From the NCBI GenBank assembly GCA_016748015.1, contig JAAOMT010000007.1:46035-110034 (forward strand): DNA of 64,000 nt. The letters are read 5' to 3'. A model generated the notes under the pieces. The model saw only the letters and a program-made list of their open reading frames with translations, was not told where the DNA came from and did not search any database. This DNA comes from Geosiphon pyriformis uo1 (lineage: Eukaryota > Fungi > Glomeromycota). Below are positions 40,001-53,399 of this stretch, piece by piece. A program made the position numbers and the translations under genes. Position 1 is the first letter of the stretch. Each line of letters starts with the position of its first letter.

Positions 40001-43000
40001 GAAGTCAAGGCTGCTGCTGTTTTTGAGGAAGATTGGTTGAATGTTTTGAATTCTAAAAAATTCTCTGTTATTTGTGATAGTTTGTTGAAAATGTGGTCTG
40101 ATTGTATTGAAGTCTACATAGATGAGTTCTTAAAAGATGTTGGTTCCAGTAAGATTACAGATAGGGCAGCTGCATACTTTTTAGCTAAACATAGATATTG
40201 AAATTAGAGTAGCCAGGCTTCTGTCCTCTACTTTAACTAAACTGCATACTGTGGCTTTGGCTTTAAAGTGTGTTCTATTTTTATGCTCTTTGGTTCTGCA
40301 CTTCAATAACCAATTTGTAATAAATGCTTGTATATCCAAGGTCTCTTTCACTGTATCTGATTTCTATAACCAATATTGAATTAAACAATTACAGATAGTC
40401 AATCTCCTTAAGAATAAAAACATTTCAATTAAATAAGTAAAAGTTAAGAGTCATCCAGGTGTATCTGGCAATATTAAAGCTAATATATTGGCTAATGAAG
40501 CTACTTTTTTGTTTTTATCTTTGCTAGTTAAAATTCAGAAGAGGTTTTTGGTTGCTAAAAAAACTGCTGTATTTGGCAATGCTTGTCATTTTGTTTATAA
40601 TCTGCACCAATCAATTTGATATGCCCATTGGGAAACTGGTTCTGGTTTTGATATAATTTCAAGTATTATAATTAAGAAGATAGATTAAGGGACTACTATG
40701 ATGATTTAGCACTTTGATTTATACATGCTTTCTGGGTTTACTAGTAAGAAAGCAGCCAATTTGCATATGTATTTAATGAAATCAGTTTATAGATAACTAC
40801 TAGTTGTAGTTAAAAAGAGGTTATATAACAGAAATTATTCTGGGGTGTTATACTTGCTATGTGATAAGGTGGAGTTATCTGACCATGTTTTTACTTGTTC
40901 TAATGATTTTGGTCTCTGTAAAGACATTTTGGTTAAGGCAGCTGAGAAATGGATATCATTGTTTGGTCTTTTATGTTTATTTAATTCTGCTATTCTGTAT
41001 TCACTAATGACATGTTTTTTGAATGTAAGTCTGTATACAGCTGTTTACAAAGATTTTGTGATAAAGAATTGATATGCTGAAGCTGTTTTGGTTTTTGAGA
41101 AAAAAGGTAAGGCTGTTTTGGTTTTTGTAGAATACATTAGATTTGTGGTAAAGTTATATTGCATTAAGATATAAATTGTCAAAACCAAACATAGGGTAGA
41201 TATAAAAAAGACTGGTTTGGTCAGGGATACTGGTATGGTTTCAGATTTGTCTCACTGTATAATATCTATGTTGTCAGTCAGAGTTGTTCATATGTTTGGT
41301 GTTATGAAATCTTTTATTATTAGATTTGGTAGATACAAATTGTGTCATTTTTTTTTGGTTTAAGTGGTGATACTTTTGTTAGTATAGATGTGTAGTGTTG
41401 TTTTGTCTAGCCCAAATGGCTGGCCATATGTAGTTAATGCATAAGTTGTATTTAGTTTAATTTACTTAGTTTGGTTCTATGTATTAGATAGTGCTTGGGC
41501 TTCACTTGTAAAACTCATAATAATAAAAAAAATAACTAAATATAATAAATATTTTTATTATAAGAAATTATTTTGTAATTTTTTTATAAATTAATTCAAA
41601 ATTTATAATATAGTAAAATAATTAATATTAATAATTTAAATTTAATATAAGTTTTAATAAAAATATTTAAAATAAATAATAATTGCTTTATTTGTTTTTT
41701 GTTTTGTAATAATAAAGTGATTTTATTATTGATTAATATTATTATTGTTATTAAAATACCATAAAAAATAGTTTAAATATAACAAAATTATAACTAAGCT
41801 TTAATATTATAAATTAATAGTGTTTTGAAAAAAATAAAATATTGTTTAAAGTATTTATTGTTATTTTAACTATTGATTTTAATGGTTTTTTCAATATTAG
41901 TTAAATAAATTGAGTATTATAAATTTTTTGATTTTAATAATTAATACATAGATTATTAATATAATTAGTAAAAAAATATATATATAAAAAATGAAATTAA
42001 TTGTAATAGAGCTCTAATAATTGGTATTATTGATAATAAATATATTAATACAATATGATTTAAAAATACTAAATTTTAAATTATTGGATTTTAAATAATT
42101 ATTTTTAAAAGTTTTAATTATAATAAATCTTAAAATTATATTTTTTTCAATATTTTTTTTTATTCAGATTTTTAACAAAGCTAAAATCTGGTTAAAATAA
42201 TAGTAATTATAATAATAAGAGTATAAATAGCTGTAATTAAAATTTTTTAAAATATTTTTTATATTTTTTGATTTAATAATCGAAAAAAATATGTGACTTT
42301 TTAAATAAATTATTATTTTTAAAATAGTTTTAGAATAAAAACCTGAAATTTTTTGGTTTTATAGTAAATAATATTTTTTGGAATATAATAATAAAATAGT
42401 TTTAAAGATAAAGTAATTCTTAAATTTTTTTTAAATATATTTATGAATTTTTAAATGTATTTTTATTAGAGTATTTGTAAAATTATATAATTAATAATAA
42501 CTAATATATTATTTAAATTTTTTGTAAAAATTTGCTTTTGTAAATTTTAAGCTAACTTTTTTTTTAACTGTATATTTATGTAAATATTAAATGCTAATTT
42601 TATTAAAAAATAATTAATTGTTAATTTTAAATTTTTTTAAAAATATTTATATAATAATTTTGTAAACTTTAAATAGTTAGTTTTTATAAATATTAAATCT
42701 GCTATTTTTATTAAATAATTACTAATAATGTTTTTGTTTATTGTAAATTATATCTTATAAAAAACATTAAATATTTTAAATAATTATATAATATATTAAC
42801 TTATAAGTTGGTATTGTAATTAATTAAATAAATTAAAAAGTTTTAGTATTTAAAAATTTTGAAATTAGTCAAGTTTTTTGTATAATAAACAAAAATTTAC
42901 TAATAATAACTGATAATATTCAGTGTTTAATTTTTTGACATAATTAATAATATAATTTGGTGTCTTTTATTCTTTTATTAAATAATTCAATAAATTAATT

Positions 43001-43330
43001 TTACATTTATTTTTATATATTTTAACAAATAGTTTTTAATAATATAATCTTAATGGTTTTTTTAATTAATTAATAAAACAACAAAATAAAACAAATAAAA
43101 ACAAATAAAAACAAATAAAATAATAAAATATAAATTAATATTTTGTTAATAATTATAATTAAAAAGTATTGTTTTAATATTATTAAATTTTGGAAATAAA
43201 TACTATTAGTATTAGTAAGTTTATTAAAATAAATAATAATTTATATATTTAAATAGTAAATAATTTAGAAATAATTTTATTTAAAAAATTTGTTTCAAAT
43301 ACTAGATTTTTAACTGCTAAATTTATTTTA

Positions 43331-46300
43331 TTTTTTTTTATTATAAAATTTTATAAGTAAAGTCTAACTGCTATCTAGTACATAGATTCAAACTAAATAG
43401 TTTAAATTAAATACAGTTAACACTTTTGCTATATGTAGTCAGTCACTTAGGCCAAACAAAACAACACTACATGTTTATACTAATAAATATATTACTATTC
43501 AAACTAAAAAAAATGACAAATTCTTCTTTTATCAAAGTTAATAGCAAAAAATTTTACAATACCAAGTGTACAAACCATTTTATTTAATAACATAGACACT
43601 AAATAACAAGACAAGTCCAAAGCCAAACTACCATTCTTAATCAACTCAGCTTTCTTCATATCCACTCTGTGCTTAAACTGAACAAGTCACACTTTAGTAT
43701 AATACAGTTCTACTATAAATTTAACATACTTAACAAGAGTTGAAGCAGCCTTTACTATTCTATTAAAGACCAAAGCAGTTTCAGCACACTAATCTTTTAA
43801 CACAAAACTTTTGCAAATTGCAGAGTACAAATTCATGTCTGAAGAATACATTAACAGCAAACACAAAATGGCAGAAGTAAATGAACAAAAACCAGTAAAT
43901 AATACTCATTTTTTGGCAGCTTTAGCCAAAGTGTCCTTATAGAAATCAACATTACCAGCATAAGTAAAAACATGATCAAACAACTCTACTTTACTACACA
44001 GTAAACACAGCACTTTAAGATAATTTTTATTATACAATCTCTTCCTAACTGCAACTGACAATTGTTTATAAACTGCTTTTATCAAATAAATATGCAAATT
44101 AGCCAAAACCCTACTAGTAAACCAAGAGAACATATGTAAATCAGGATGTTAAATCTTCACTATAGCAGCCCAATATATCTCTTTAATTAAAACACTTAAA
44201 ACAACATCATAATCAAGACTAGCTTCTTAATGAACATAACAAATTAACTAGTACAAATTATGAGCAAAGTAATAAGTATTGCCAAATACAGCCATATTCT
44301 TAGCTACCAAAAACTGTTCTTAAATCTTACTCAGCAAAAAAAAAAAAAATGGTCTTGCCAGCCAACACATTAGTCTTAACATTGTCTGGAATTCCTGAAT
44401 GTTTTTTAATTTTTACCCACTTAACCAAAATGTTTTTATCTCTAATAAGATTGGTTATATGCAATTTTTCTATTCAATATTGATTGCAAAAGTTAAGCAC
44501 AGCACATGAAGTTTCAAACATGTAAGTGTTAATTACAAATTGGCTGTTTAGATACAGAACCACAATATATGAGAACAGAACACATTTTAAAGTCAAGGCA
44601 ACAGCTTGTAACTCAGCTAAAGTAGAAGACAAAAGTTTTTTTACTCAAATTTTAATACTCATGTCTACTACCAAAAAGTAAACAGCTGTTTCACATGTCA
44701 CATTAGCAGAACCAGTATCTTTCAAGAACCTATTTGTGTAGACCTTAATGCAATCAGACCAAACCTTTAGCAAACTACCATGTATTTTAAAAAACCTCTC
44801 AGATTCCAAGATATTCAGCACAGATGACTTAAAAACAACAACAGACATAACTCCAAAAGAAATATTTTTGCACATAAATTCAGGCACCAACATAAACCAG
44901 TGGGAACAGGGCCTCTTAAATCTAACTTTTTTTACCACTAAAATGTTTTTTAGTCCATTATTTTCCTTTTCTTGTCCAAAAGTCTGTCACCAAATACAAT
45001 ACCAAACTGTTTGAAAAAAAAATAGAGCTGTAATATACAGATTGCCCTAAGATGTCAGATATTAAAAACTTACTAGACTCTTGAAAAATACTGGGCAAAT
45101 TGGTTGCCAAAAATAACTTATTTTTTAAAAAAATTTTCATCACACCAGCCAAAAAATTATTCACTAGATTAATATGTAACTTGACAAAAAACTATAAAGA
45201 ATTCAGAAAAGACTACATTAGAACTTATAAATCCAAAAACCTATGTTCAAATAAATACCCAAAAATACTATAGATATTAAAAAAGAAAACCAGCAAAGCC
45301 AACTTCTTTTCAGACTGCACTTGCTTAAAAAGTTTCAAACTATACAAAAAAAAATAATGCAAAACCTTATTGAAAAAATTGTGTGACAAACTAGCTTTTG
45401 CCTTAAGACCCTTCTTAATCATAACATCTCACTTGTGATATACACCCAATAAAATGAAACTAAACTGCATCCAATAGCCAATTATGAACTATAGAATAAT
45501 TGAAACTAAATAAAAAAACTGTTTATTTGTAATTGTTTTCTTTAGAAAAAAATCTGACATTTTTATAAGCCTGAGCCAAACTAGGCTTAAAAATACTCTC
45601 AGTAGACAAAAAAATGCCCAAGTATTAATGTGATTTACTCTTTTTAGCAATTGAAATTGGCAAACCATTAATTAATAATAAGACAGTTTTAACATCTTGA
45701 TTGATGAGAATAGCCACTGTTTTGTCATTATTAATTGAAATGTAATTAACATCAAAAAACTCATTAGCAATATTTAAAATGTATTGTGTAGAAACCTGAC
45801 AGTTTCTGATCCAAATTGTGTCATCAACAAAAACATCAACAGTCAAAAAAAAAGTTTTCCTTCCAATAGCTTCAACCTTATTAGTCTTTGCAACCAACTT
45901 AGTATCAATGCAGTAACCACATAAGTGCTTATGTTTTTTTACTTTACACAAAAAAAAATTATAGAAAATTTTTCAAAAAAAAGTAGAGAAAACTTCACTT
46001 TAATTTAAACTATCATGTATCTTATAATTATTTAAAAGTCCAAAATCTGTTATTACTCTTTTAATCCAATTCTCATAAATACTGCCAAAAAATTTGATAA
46101 ATTAACTATATATTTTAATGTGAAGCAAATTAGCTCTTAAATAATACCAGTTTACAGAATCATAAGCTTTGTACATGTCTTGCAATATCAACCAAAGTTT
46201 TCTATTCTTTTTTAAAACATCTTTAACAACTGACCCAATGACAAAAATAGGAGACTAAATTGAAGTACCCTTTAATACCAAAAAGTTATCATCATGAATA

Positions 46301-49300
46301 ATGTTAAATTTGCTATATGTTACTGATATTTGATCAGAAAGGATCTTCTGGGCTGTCTTGATTAGTACAATAGATTTAGTATTCATTAAAACACTGTTTT
46401 ACTCATAAGATTTTGGGATTATTAAAATCTATGCTTTCTTCCAAAGAATTAGAACCACATCTAAAGTCAAACATAAATTCAAGAACTTTAAAAGACAAAC
46501 TAACACTTTTTTACCACAATGTTTTCAAAGCTTATTAGATATTCTCAACAACTTGGCAGCTTTATTATTTAGCAAATTATTAACAACTAAAAACAACTCT
46601 TTTATATTAACTTTCTTCATTACATCAGAAAAGATCTTATTATCAATATAGTTTCAAGACATGTATTAATAAGCCCAAAGATTGAGCATCTTTGAGAGCA
46701 CTGACTATTTCTTTGTCTACTTTTTCATAATTTCATCTATATTAAGCTTTATTTTATTAGGCTCAATTACCAACTTATCCCCTACCACCAAGTAATCTAA
46801 CACAATTTTGTAAAATAAATGTTCTAAAATGCTCTTAATCATTGCCTCTTATCAAAACAGAAATTTTCTATTCAATAGTCAATCACCTTCTTAATAATTA
46901 CATTTTCAGATGTCTTAAATATTTTTTTTTACTGTTGACAAATGCTTGACCAAACTCAATAAATCTATACCATTCAAAACCATATTAGCAATCTTAAATA
47001 CTTTAACTTTATTAATAGCCAACCAAACTTCAATAAAATGATTAAAATTCAAAAAATTTTCAGAACTCCAAACTTTTATAATCTTAGCAATAAACAGCTT
47101 TAATCTGAAATATTTCAAAGATTGTTTGTTTTTTAAACAATCATACTTACTATACCAATGTCTAAAAAACACCACATTAGCAATTTGTACTATAACATTT
47201 TTTAGCATCATCTACATTGTATCTAAGTTATCAATATCATATGCATTCTTAAACATGTATGATATCACCAACAATTCAGTAGAAGATTGTTTCTTAAAAT
47301 GTAATTATTGAGTTTTATTTGCATTTCTCAACTTAAATTTCAACTGGTTCTGATTGGTCTATTTATGAGTGCTAATAAGATAAGCATTTAGGAGTCTATT
47401 CAAACCAATTATAACTGAAACCATATTATGATCTGTATTAAAAAACTTTGACACATAATCAACTTTATAGTATGTAATTACAGACATCAGGTTCTTATTT
47501 ACAAAAACAAAATCCAGCATCTTTTCAACACTCTTAGAATTGCTTTAAATAGATGTATTGGATAATAAATGTTTATTAAAAGTATTAACCAGATTCAGAT
47601 TCAGGCAGAACTTAAAACTCACACTTTTCTTAGAACTATTCTTATTAAAGTTACCACTCAAGATTGCAAAGAAGCTAGAATTAACTATTCTAAAAATCAT
47701 AGCATTGATATCAGAAGCTTGGCCAAAATGTATACCAATAAATACACCAATATACAGGTCTAAAATCATAACTGAAAGCTTGTTTCTGAATAAAATATGT
47801 ACAAAAATTAACTGACCCAGAATCTCATTTACCTTTGAAACATGTTAAGCTAAAAATTTGTTCATAATTATGGCAACTTTGATACCAGAAAAACTTACAT
47901 CCAAACCAGAAATAAAAATCTGAATTCTATCAAACTTATTTATAATTTATAGCCTAATATTAGACCTTAATTTTATTTTAGTAATGATTGAAACCATATT
48001 ATTTGAATTTTTATGCCATTAAATAATGTTTTTTTGTTTTGTAGGAACATTGGCATTCTGAATATTACATGTAGCAAATTTTCAAATTAGATTTGTTATT
48101 AAAGAGAGAGATCTTTTACACCCAAACCAGCATTGTCAATTTTTGCTATTAAGTCTATAATTATGTTTAATAAACTGTTCAAAGTCTTTTCCAATTTCAA
48201 AACAACCAAAAAAGTAATATTTATCATTTTTATAACAGTTTTACCACTAGTAATTACACCTAAATTTTTACTTATCATTGTATCTGCTCCTTAATTTTGT
48301 GATAAAAAAATTACCAATGGCTGACATTTAGAGCTAGACTGAGAAATCATTGATTTAAGTGTATTTAACTTCTTAGTCAGCTTGTCTATTTTCTTTATAA
48401 GACTGGCAAAACTGCACTCAAAAGCAGCAAATCTATTATTTATTTCCACAAAAACTAGTAGGAAAGATTTAATATCTGAAGACAAACCAATACTAAAAAA
48501 AATCAAAGGCATTATACAAGAAACAGAACTACTAGCAATTTGGGCTCAAGTTTTACTACCAAAAAACACTAAATAGACAATTGGTGTTTGCTTTTTTTTA
48601 TATATGTTGGCTAAATGAACCTAATCTTGAGAAGTCAATACACATTTACTATGACCACCAGAATTCTTACTTACTAAACAAATATTAGAAATATGACCAA
48701 ATTGCTTGTATTAGGCACAAAAAACCAAAAAAAAACCAGCTCAATATAAATTTACATTCTTAAAAACTGGCATAGAACCAATAGCAGCCAATTTGGATAC
48801 TTTATCAGCAAAACAAATTATAAAGCCCAATGTTGATCTCTAAATATTCATGTTTGTTTATTATTAATTGCTTTTATTATTTGAACAGAGTTTTTTTTTA
48901 TAAGCACAAACTATCTAATTGTAACCAAATTAGTTATCTTAGATGATTTATATTCTATTAAAGTTTTCTGTCAGAGACCAATCAGTTGTATTTTAATTGT
49001 TATAATCTTACCAAATTTGGAAAAAACTGACTTTACAGTCGACTTTAAAAGATTAACAAAAATTTCTTTAATTATTACTTTTTAATCTGAATGGTTGCTT
49101 ATCTTTCTAAGATTATCATTAACAAGAATTTTTTCACAGATTACCAATTTTTTTGTCTTATTTAAATTAAATTCTAATATGAAAAATAATCTAATAATAT
49201 TAAGAAATTTTAAAAAGTAAAAGCTCTTTCAAAACCATCAATTTAATAGAAAATTTTTTTAATAGCAATTAATTTATCATCATTAATTTTGCATGACACA

Positions 49301-49740
49301 AAAGATAGCTCAATATCTAATACAAAAAATTTTACTGGCTTGAAATCATGTCTATTCAGAACACATAACTCGAAAATTAGCAAATGCTTAGCACCAGAAA
49401 ATTTAGAAATCAGAAGTATCAAAATATATCATTGTTATTACTTAAATTGTCAAAAAAAATATTCTTCAGTTTGCTGCTTAAAACATATGTCCTGATATGT
49501 GTTTTTTGTAAGAAGTCCTATGTGAATAAGCACTCATCAATTGTTTGGTTTTAATATTAGATCAGATCTCCAACTCAGCTAAAATAAATACTGACTTATC
49601 AGCAAAAGAGCCCATTAGATCTATATTCATAAACAAAGATATGTTGGAAGAAATAACTACAAAAATAAAAAGAATAGGAAAGAAAGAAAATTTATTTCTT
49701 CAGTATATTTTAGCTTTTGTTATATTAGAGAATTAATAAA
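43331..49740 (-). mobile_element. LINE copy 4, near full length, decayed; 5' boundary approximate
   Basis: Poly-T 43331-43339; ORF2 ~48099-43467 with LQDMYKAYDSV, VFVDDTIW, VYTNRFLKDTGS and CLLCSKVELFDHVFT; ORF1 remnants to ~49650 with an internal deletion near 48820. Confidence 0.9.
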
Positions 49741-50911
49741 AGAAAAATTATTGTTAATTTATAATTTAATAATTATAAATTGCTAAATTTATCTGATAAA
49801 AATTTTAAATAAGAAATTAGTTTTTTTGTTTCTAATATTACTGTTATATATATAAATATATTTTAATAATATAAATTTCTGAAATTTTAATGATCTTTAT
49901 ACTTTTTTTAAGTTACTAAAAATTTTGTTATAATTCTTAATATGTAATTGGTTAATTTATGCTATATTTAATTATTAATTGTTTTTTATATTATTTTATG
50001 AATAATATTACTTTTTTAAAAAAATGTATTAGTTTTAAATATTAGATATTAAAATTATTTTTAATATATTATGTAATTTTAAATTATAAAAATATTAATT
50101 AATATTCTTAAAATATAAATATTTAATATATATTTATTAATAGTAGTTTTTTTATTAATACATAATTTTTATTAATTTAAAAATTTTACAATATAAAATT
50201 TTTTAATTTTATTTAATATTAATTAAAACATATAATTAAAAACTTATTAAAATTTTTTAGTTTTTTAAATGCTTACAAATTTCTTAAATATTTTTGTTGA
50301 TTAAAATATAAATACACAAATAATTATATATAAATAAGATTATTAATTTTATATTAAACCATAAAATTTTAATATTTGTTAAAATAAATATATTAAAAAT
50401 ATTTAGTTTTTTTTAATAAAAAAATGAAAATAAAAAGAATTTAATTAATTAATAAAACTAATTTTTAACTGATTAATGTTTTTAGATGAATTTATTTATT
50501 CTAAAATTATATATCTAATTTAGTTATTTTTATTTAATAATTTAAAATAAAATTTAAATCTTTTTTATAAAAACTAAAAAGTATTTTGAAAAAACTTTTA
50601 ATATGATTATTTAATTAATTTTTAATAAACTGTTTTTAGTTTTTTTTTAGTTCTTGCATTTATTATTATTAACATTTTTATTGTGCTTTAGTAAATAAAA
50701 GATAATTATAACTCTTAACAGTTTATATATTACTTCTATTTTTCTGTATGTAACTGATTGATTTTTGTAATTTTTCTGTTTTAAGTTGTTTAATTATATA
50801 AAAACATGTATAATTATAAAACTTATATTATTTTTAAATTCTTATAAACAATGTTTTGTTGTAAATTGTGTTCAATATTTAAATTTTTAACATTGCTTAC
50901 TTTTAAAGGTA

Positions 50912-52177
50912 CAGTCTGGTAAGAAAAAAATTAGAAAAATATGAATCTACTAAGATTGCATTTGGTTCAATCATTTTTGGTAAATTTTGTAATAGTAAAA
51001 ATAGAAACACAATATTAGGTAGATTGCTAAGCTCTAAAAACATTTTGTCATGTATTAACTAATAGTTTTTTTTAAAACTTGTTTTTGAAATGCTGACTTC
51101 AAAGCAAAAAATGCAATGGCAAGTCAAATTACATTTTGAAAGCAAAGAATACAAAAGGCAAAGAAAATACAAAATAAAACGAATATACCTTTTTCTACAA
51201 TCTATAATATTTTCGAAAAACTCAAAAAAAAGGAACAATAAAGCATGCGAGTGGTAATAGTCGGCCAAGAAAGATTATGGGAAATTCTTCAAAAATATTA
51301 GGGCAGATTATTCGTAGAGATTCCTTAGTTTCGTCTAGATATTTAGCAATAAAGTTGGCTAAGAAGGGAATAAATGTTTCTTATGTTACTATTCAAAACC
51401 ATTTATCCAACCTTAATTATAAAAAAAGTCTTCTTAGAGCAACTCCAAAGCTGACCGAAAAGCATAAGTGAAAACGTATAGAATGGGCCAAAAAACACCT
51501 GAACAATGATTGGAAAAGACCAGTTTTTACTGACAAAACATCTTTTCAACTTTTTTAAAACACGATAAAACGTTGGCATAAAGGTACTCGACCAATTCAT
51601 TCTATGCCTAAAGATCAAACAAAAATTATCGCGTGGAGGGGTTTCTACGAAAAAGGAAAGACTAGTTTATTTTGTTTTGTTCAAATAATAAATGCTCAAT
51701 TTTATATAGATATTCTTTGTAACCACTTACCTGAAATTAGAGCAATGCTGGGGGATAATTGGGGATTCCAACAAGATAATGACCTCAAGCATACTAACAA
51801 GCTTACCAAAGAGTTTATTGCTGAGAATACAACTGATTTTTTGAGGTGGCCATCTAATAGTCCCGACTTAAACCCAATAGAAAACCTTTGGGCTATTGTT
51901 AAAAAGAATGTAGAAAAAAGAATGCCTCAAAATCGTAGTGAATTAGAGAGATTTATGGGAGAAGAATGGCAAGATATTTCTAAATCTACTTTAATTAGTT
52001 TAGTAAGTTCAATGAGGTGACGTTGTGAGACAAATGGTGAAAGAATTTCCTATTAATTTTTTTTAATAAAATTATATGGTATTTGACTTTCTAATAAACG
52101 TTGTTTTATGTAATTTGGTACATTAGTTAAGATATAGTAATTATTTTTATATTTTCGATTTTTTTCTTACCAGACTG
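50912..52177 (+). mobile_element. Tc1 (DD34E) DNA transposon, complete with TIRs; transposase disrupted
   Basis: 20-bp perfect TIR CAGTCTGGTAAGAAAAAAAT; TA TSDs at 50910-50911 and 52178-52179; FTDKTSF, FQQDND and WPSNSPDLNPIENLW with 34 residues between D and E; internal stops at 51469-51471 and 52018-52020. Confidence 0.96.
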
Positions 52178-53399
52178 TATATGTATAATTTCTAAACTTT
52201 TTGCAAATTTTTAAATTTTGCAATTATATAAATTTTTTACTCTTATTGTATTTATAATGAATTAGTTATTCCTAAATTATTCTATATCTCAACTTATTTA
52301 AAAAACATTAATTTTTTTTATATTTTTATAGATTTTACTATTAAGTTTGAGAATATTTTATATTTTATAGTTACCAATGTTTTGTCAGATTTTATGTACT
52401 TTATAGTTATTAATGTTATTGACAAAGTTTCAATTGTAAAATATTGAATTTTCAGATTTGAAAAAATTAAATATTTTTTAAATTTTGATATTTGAACCTA
52501 ACTAAACAGTAAGTATTTCATTATTATTTATAAAAACTCAAAAGGTTCTTTTTATAAATGTATAACAACAATTAAGAAATCATAATATAAGCTAATTTTT
52601 AATTCGAATTTTTATTCTTTCAATTTTAGTAAATGGATTAAATAGAAATAGAAACAGAAACTATTATATGTGTGTACTTTTATTAAAAAAAATTTTTTGC
52701 CATGTAAAAATTATTTTAGAAATGGTTTTTGAGTCAGACAATTAATTTTTCAAATTAGTTATAAAAAAATAGCTGAATTTAAGTAATTAATTTTTAAAGC
52801 CTATTAAACTTTAAGAAATTTTGCTGAATTTAAAGGATAATTAAAGCTTTTTTTTATATCTATATATATTGATTTGATATTTATTCTTTATTTTTTATCT
52901 CGTAAGTTATCAGTGGTCACGTGTAGAAAATGCATGAGCCACGCTTAATTTAAAATCTGTGTATTTTATGTATTTAGGTAGTGGTTGGGCTGCACTCGTT
53001 AATCAATAAGTTATCAGTTATAATATATTAGACTTTGAATGATTTCAAAGAATTATTAACACCAAACCTAAAAATGTAAAAGATTTGATTTCAATAATCA
53101 AAAAAAATGGAAAAATCCAAATAAAAGAACAGCTTTAATGATAAAAATTTAACTCCACTCTAGGATTTTTTACTATGTTTGAAATAATATATATATATAT
53201 ATACACAATATTCTCGAATAAAAGATTTCTTATTTCAAATTTATTAAGTTTTGTTATTTTTAGTATTGAAGAATAAATCAAATAACTTTACAATAAGATT
53301 CTATATTAAACTCTAATCTTATTTTTATTGTTTTTAAAAAAGTTTAAGAAACCCTTAGCCACTATATGTTACGTTTAAACCCAAGTTTTTAAATATTAA

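Larger units (their letters stand above)
31505..41532 (+). mobile_element. LINE copy 3, full length, interrupted by a nested LTR element at 33878-37070
   Basis: 5' CTTCTTCATCCAAATT; ORF1 ~31647-33513 with CRKCGHFGHSALEC; ORF2 33510-41395 with MSKLIWKVSTCNIR, LQNMHKAYNSV, VFVDD (~39010), RNase H and CLLC-type finger; 3' UTR and A tail. Confidence 0.93.

Noticed and set aside
31495-41539. LINE copy 3 TSD AATAATTAA / AATAACTAA
   Set aside because: Low-complexity AT context makes a chance match likely
1-50000. Alternative genetic code or readthrough explaining the frequent in-frame stops
   Set aside because: Stops are TAA, TAG and TGA at former Trp/Gln/Arg codons, differ between copies and come with frameshifts, which indicates mutational decay
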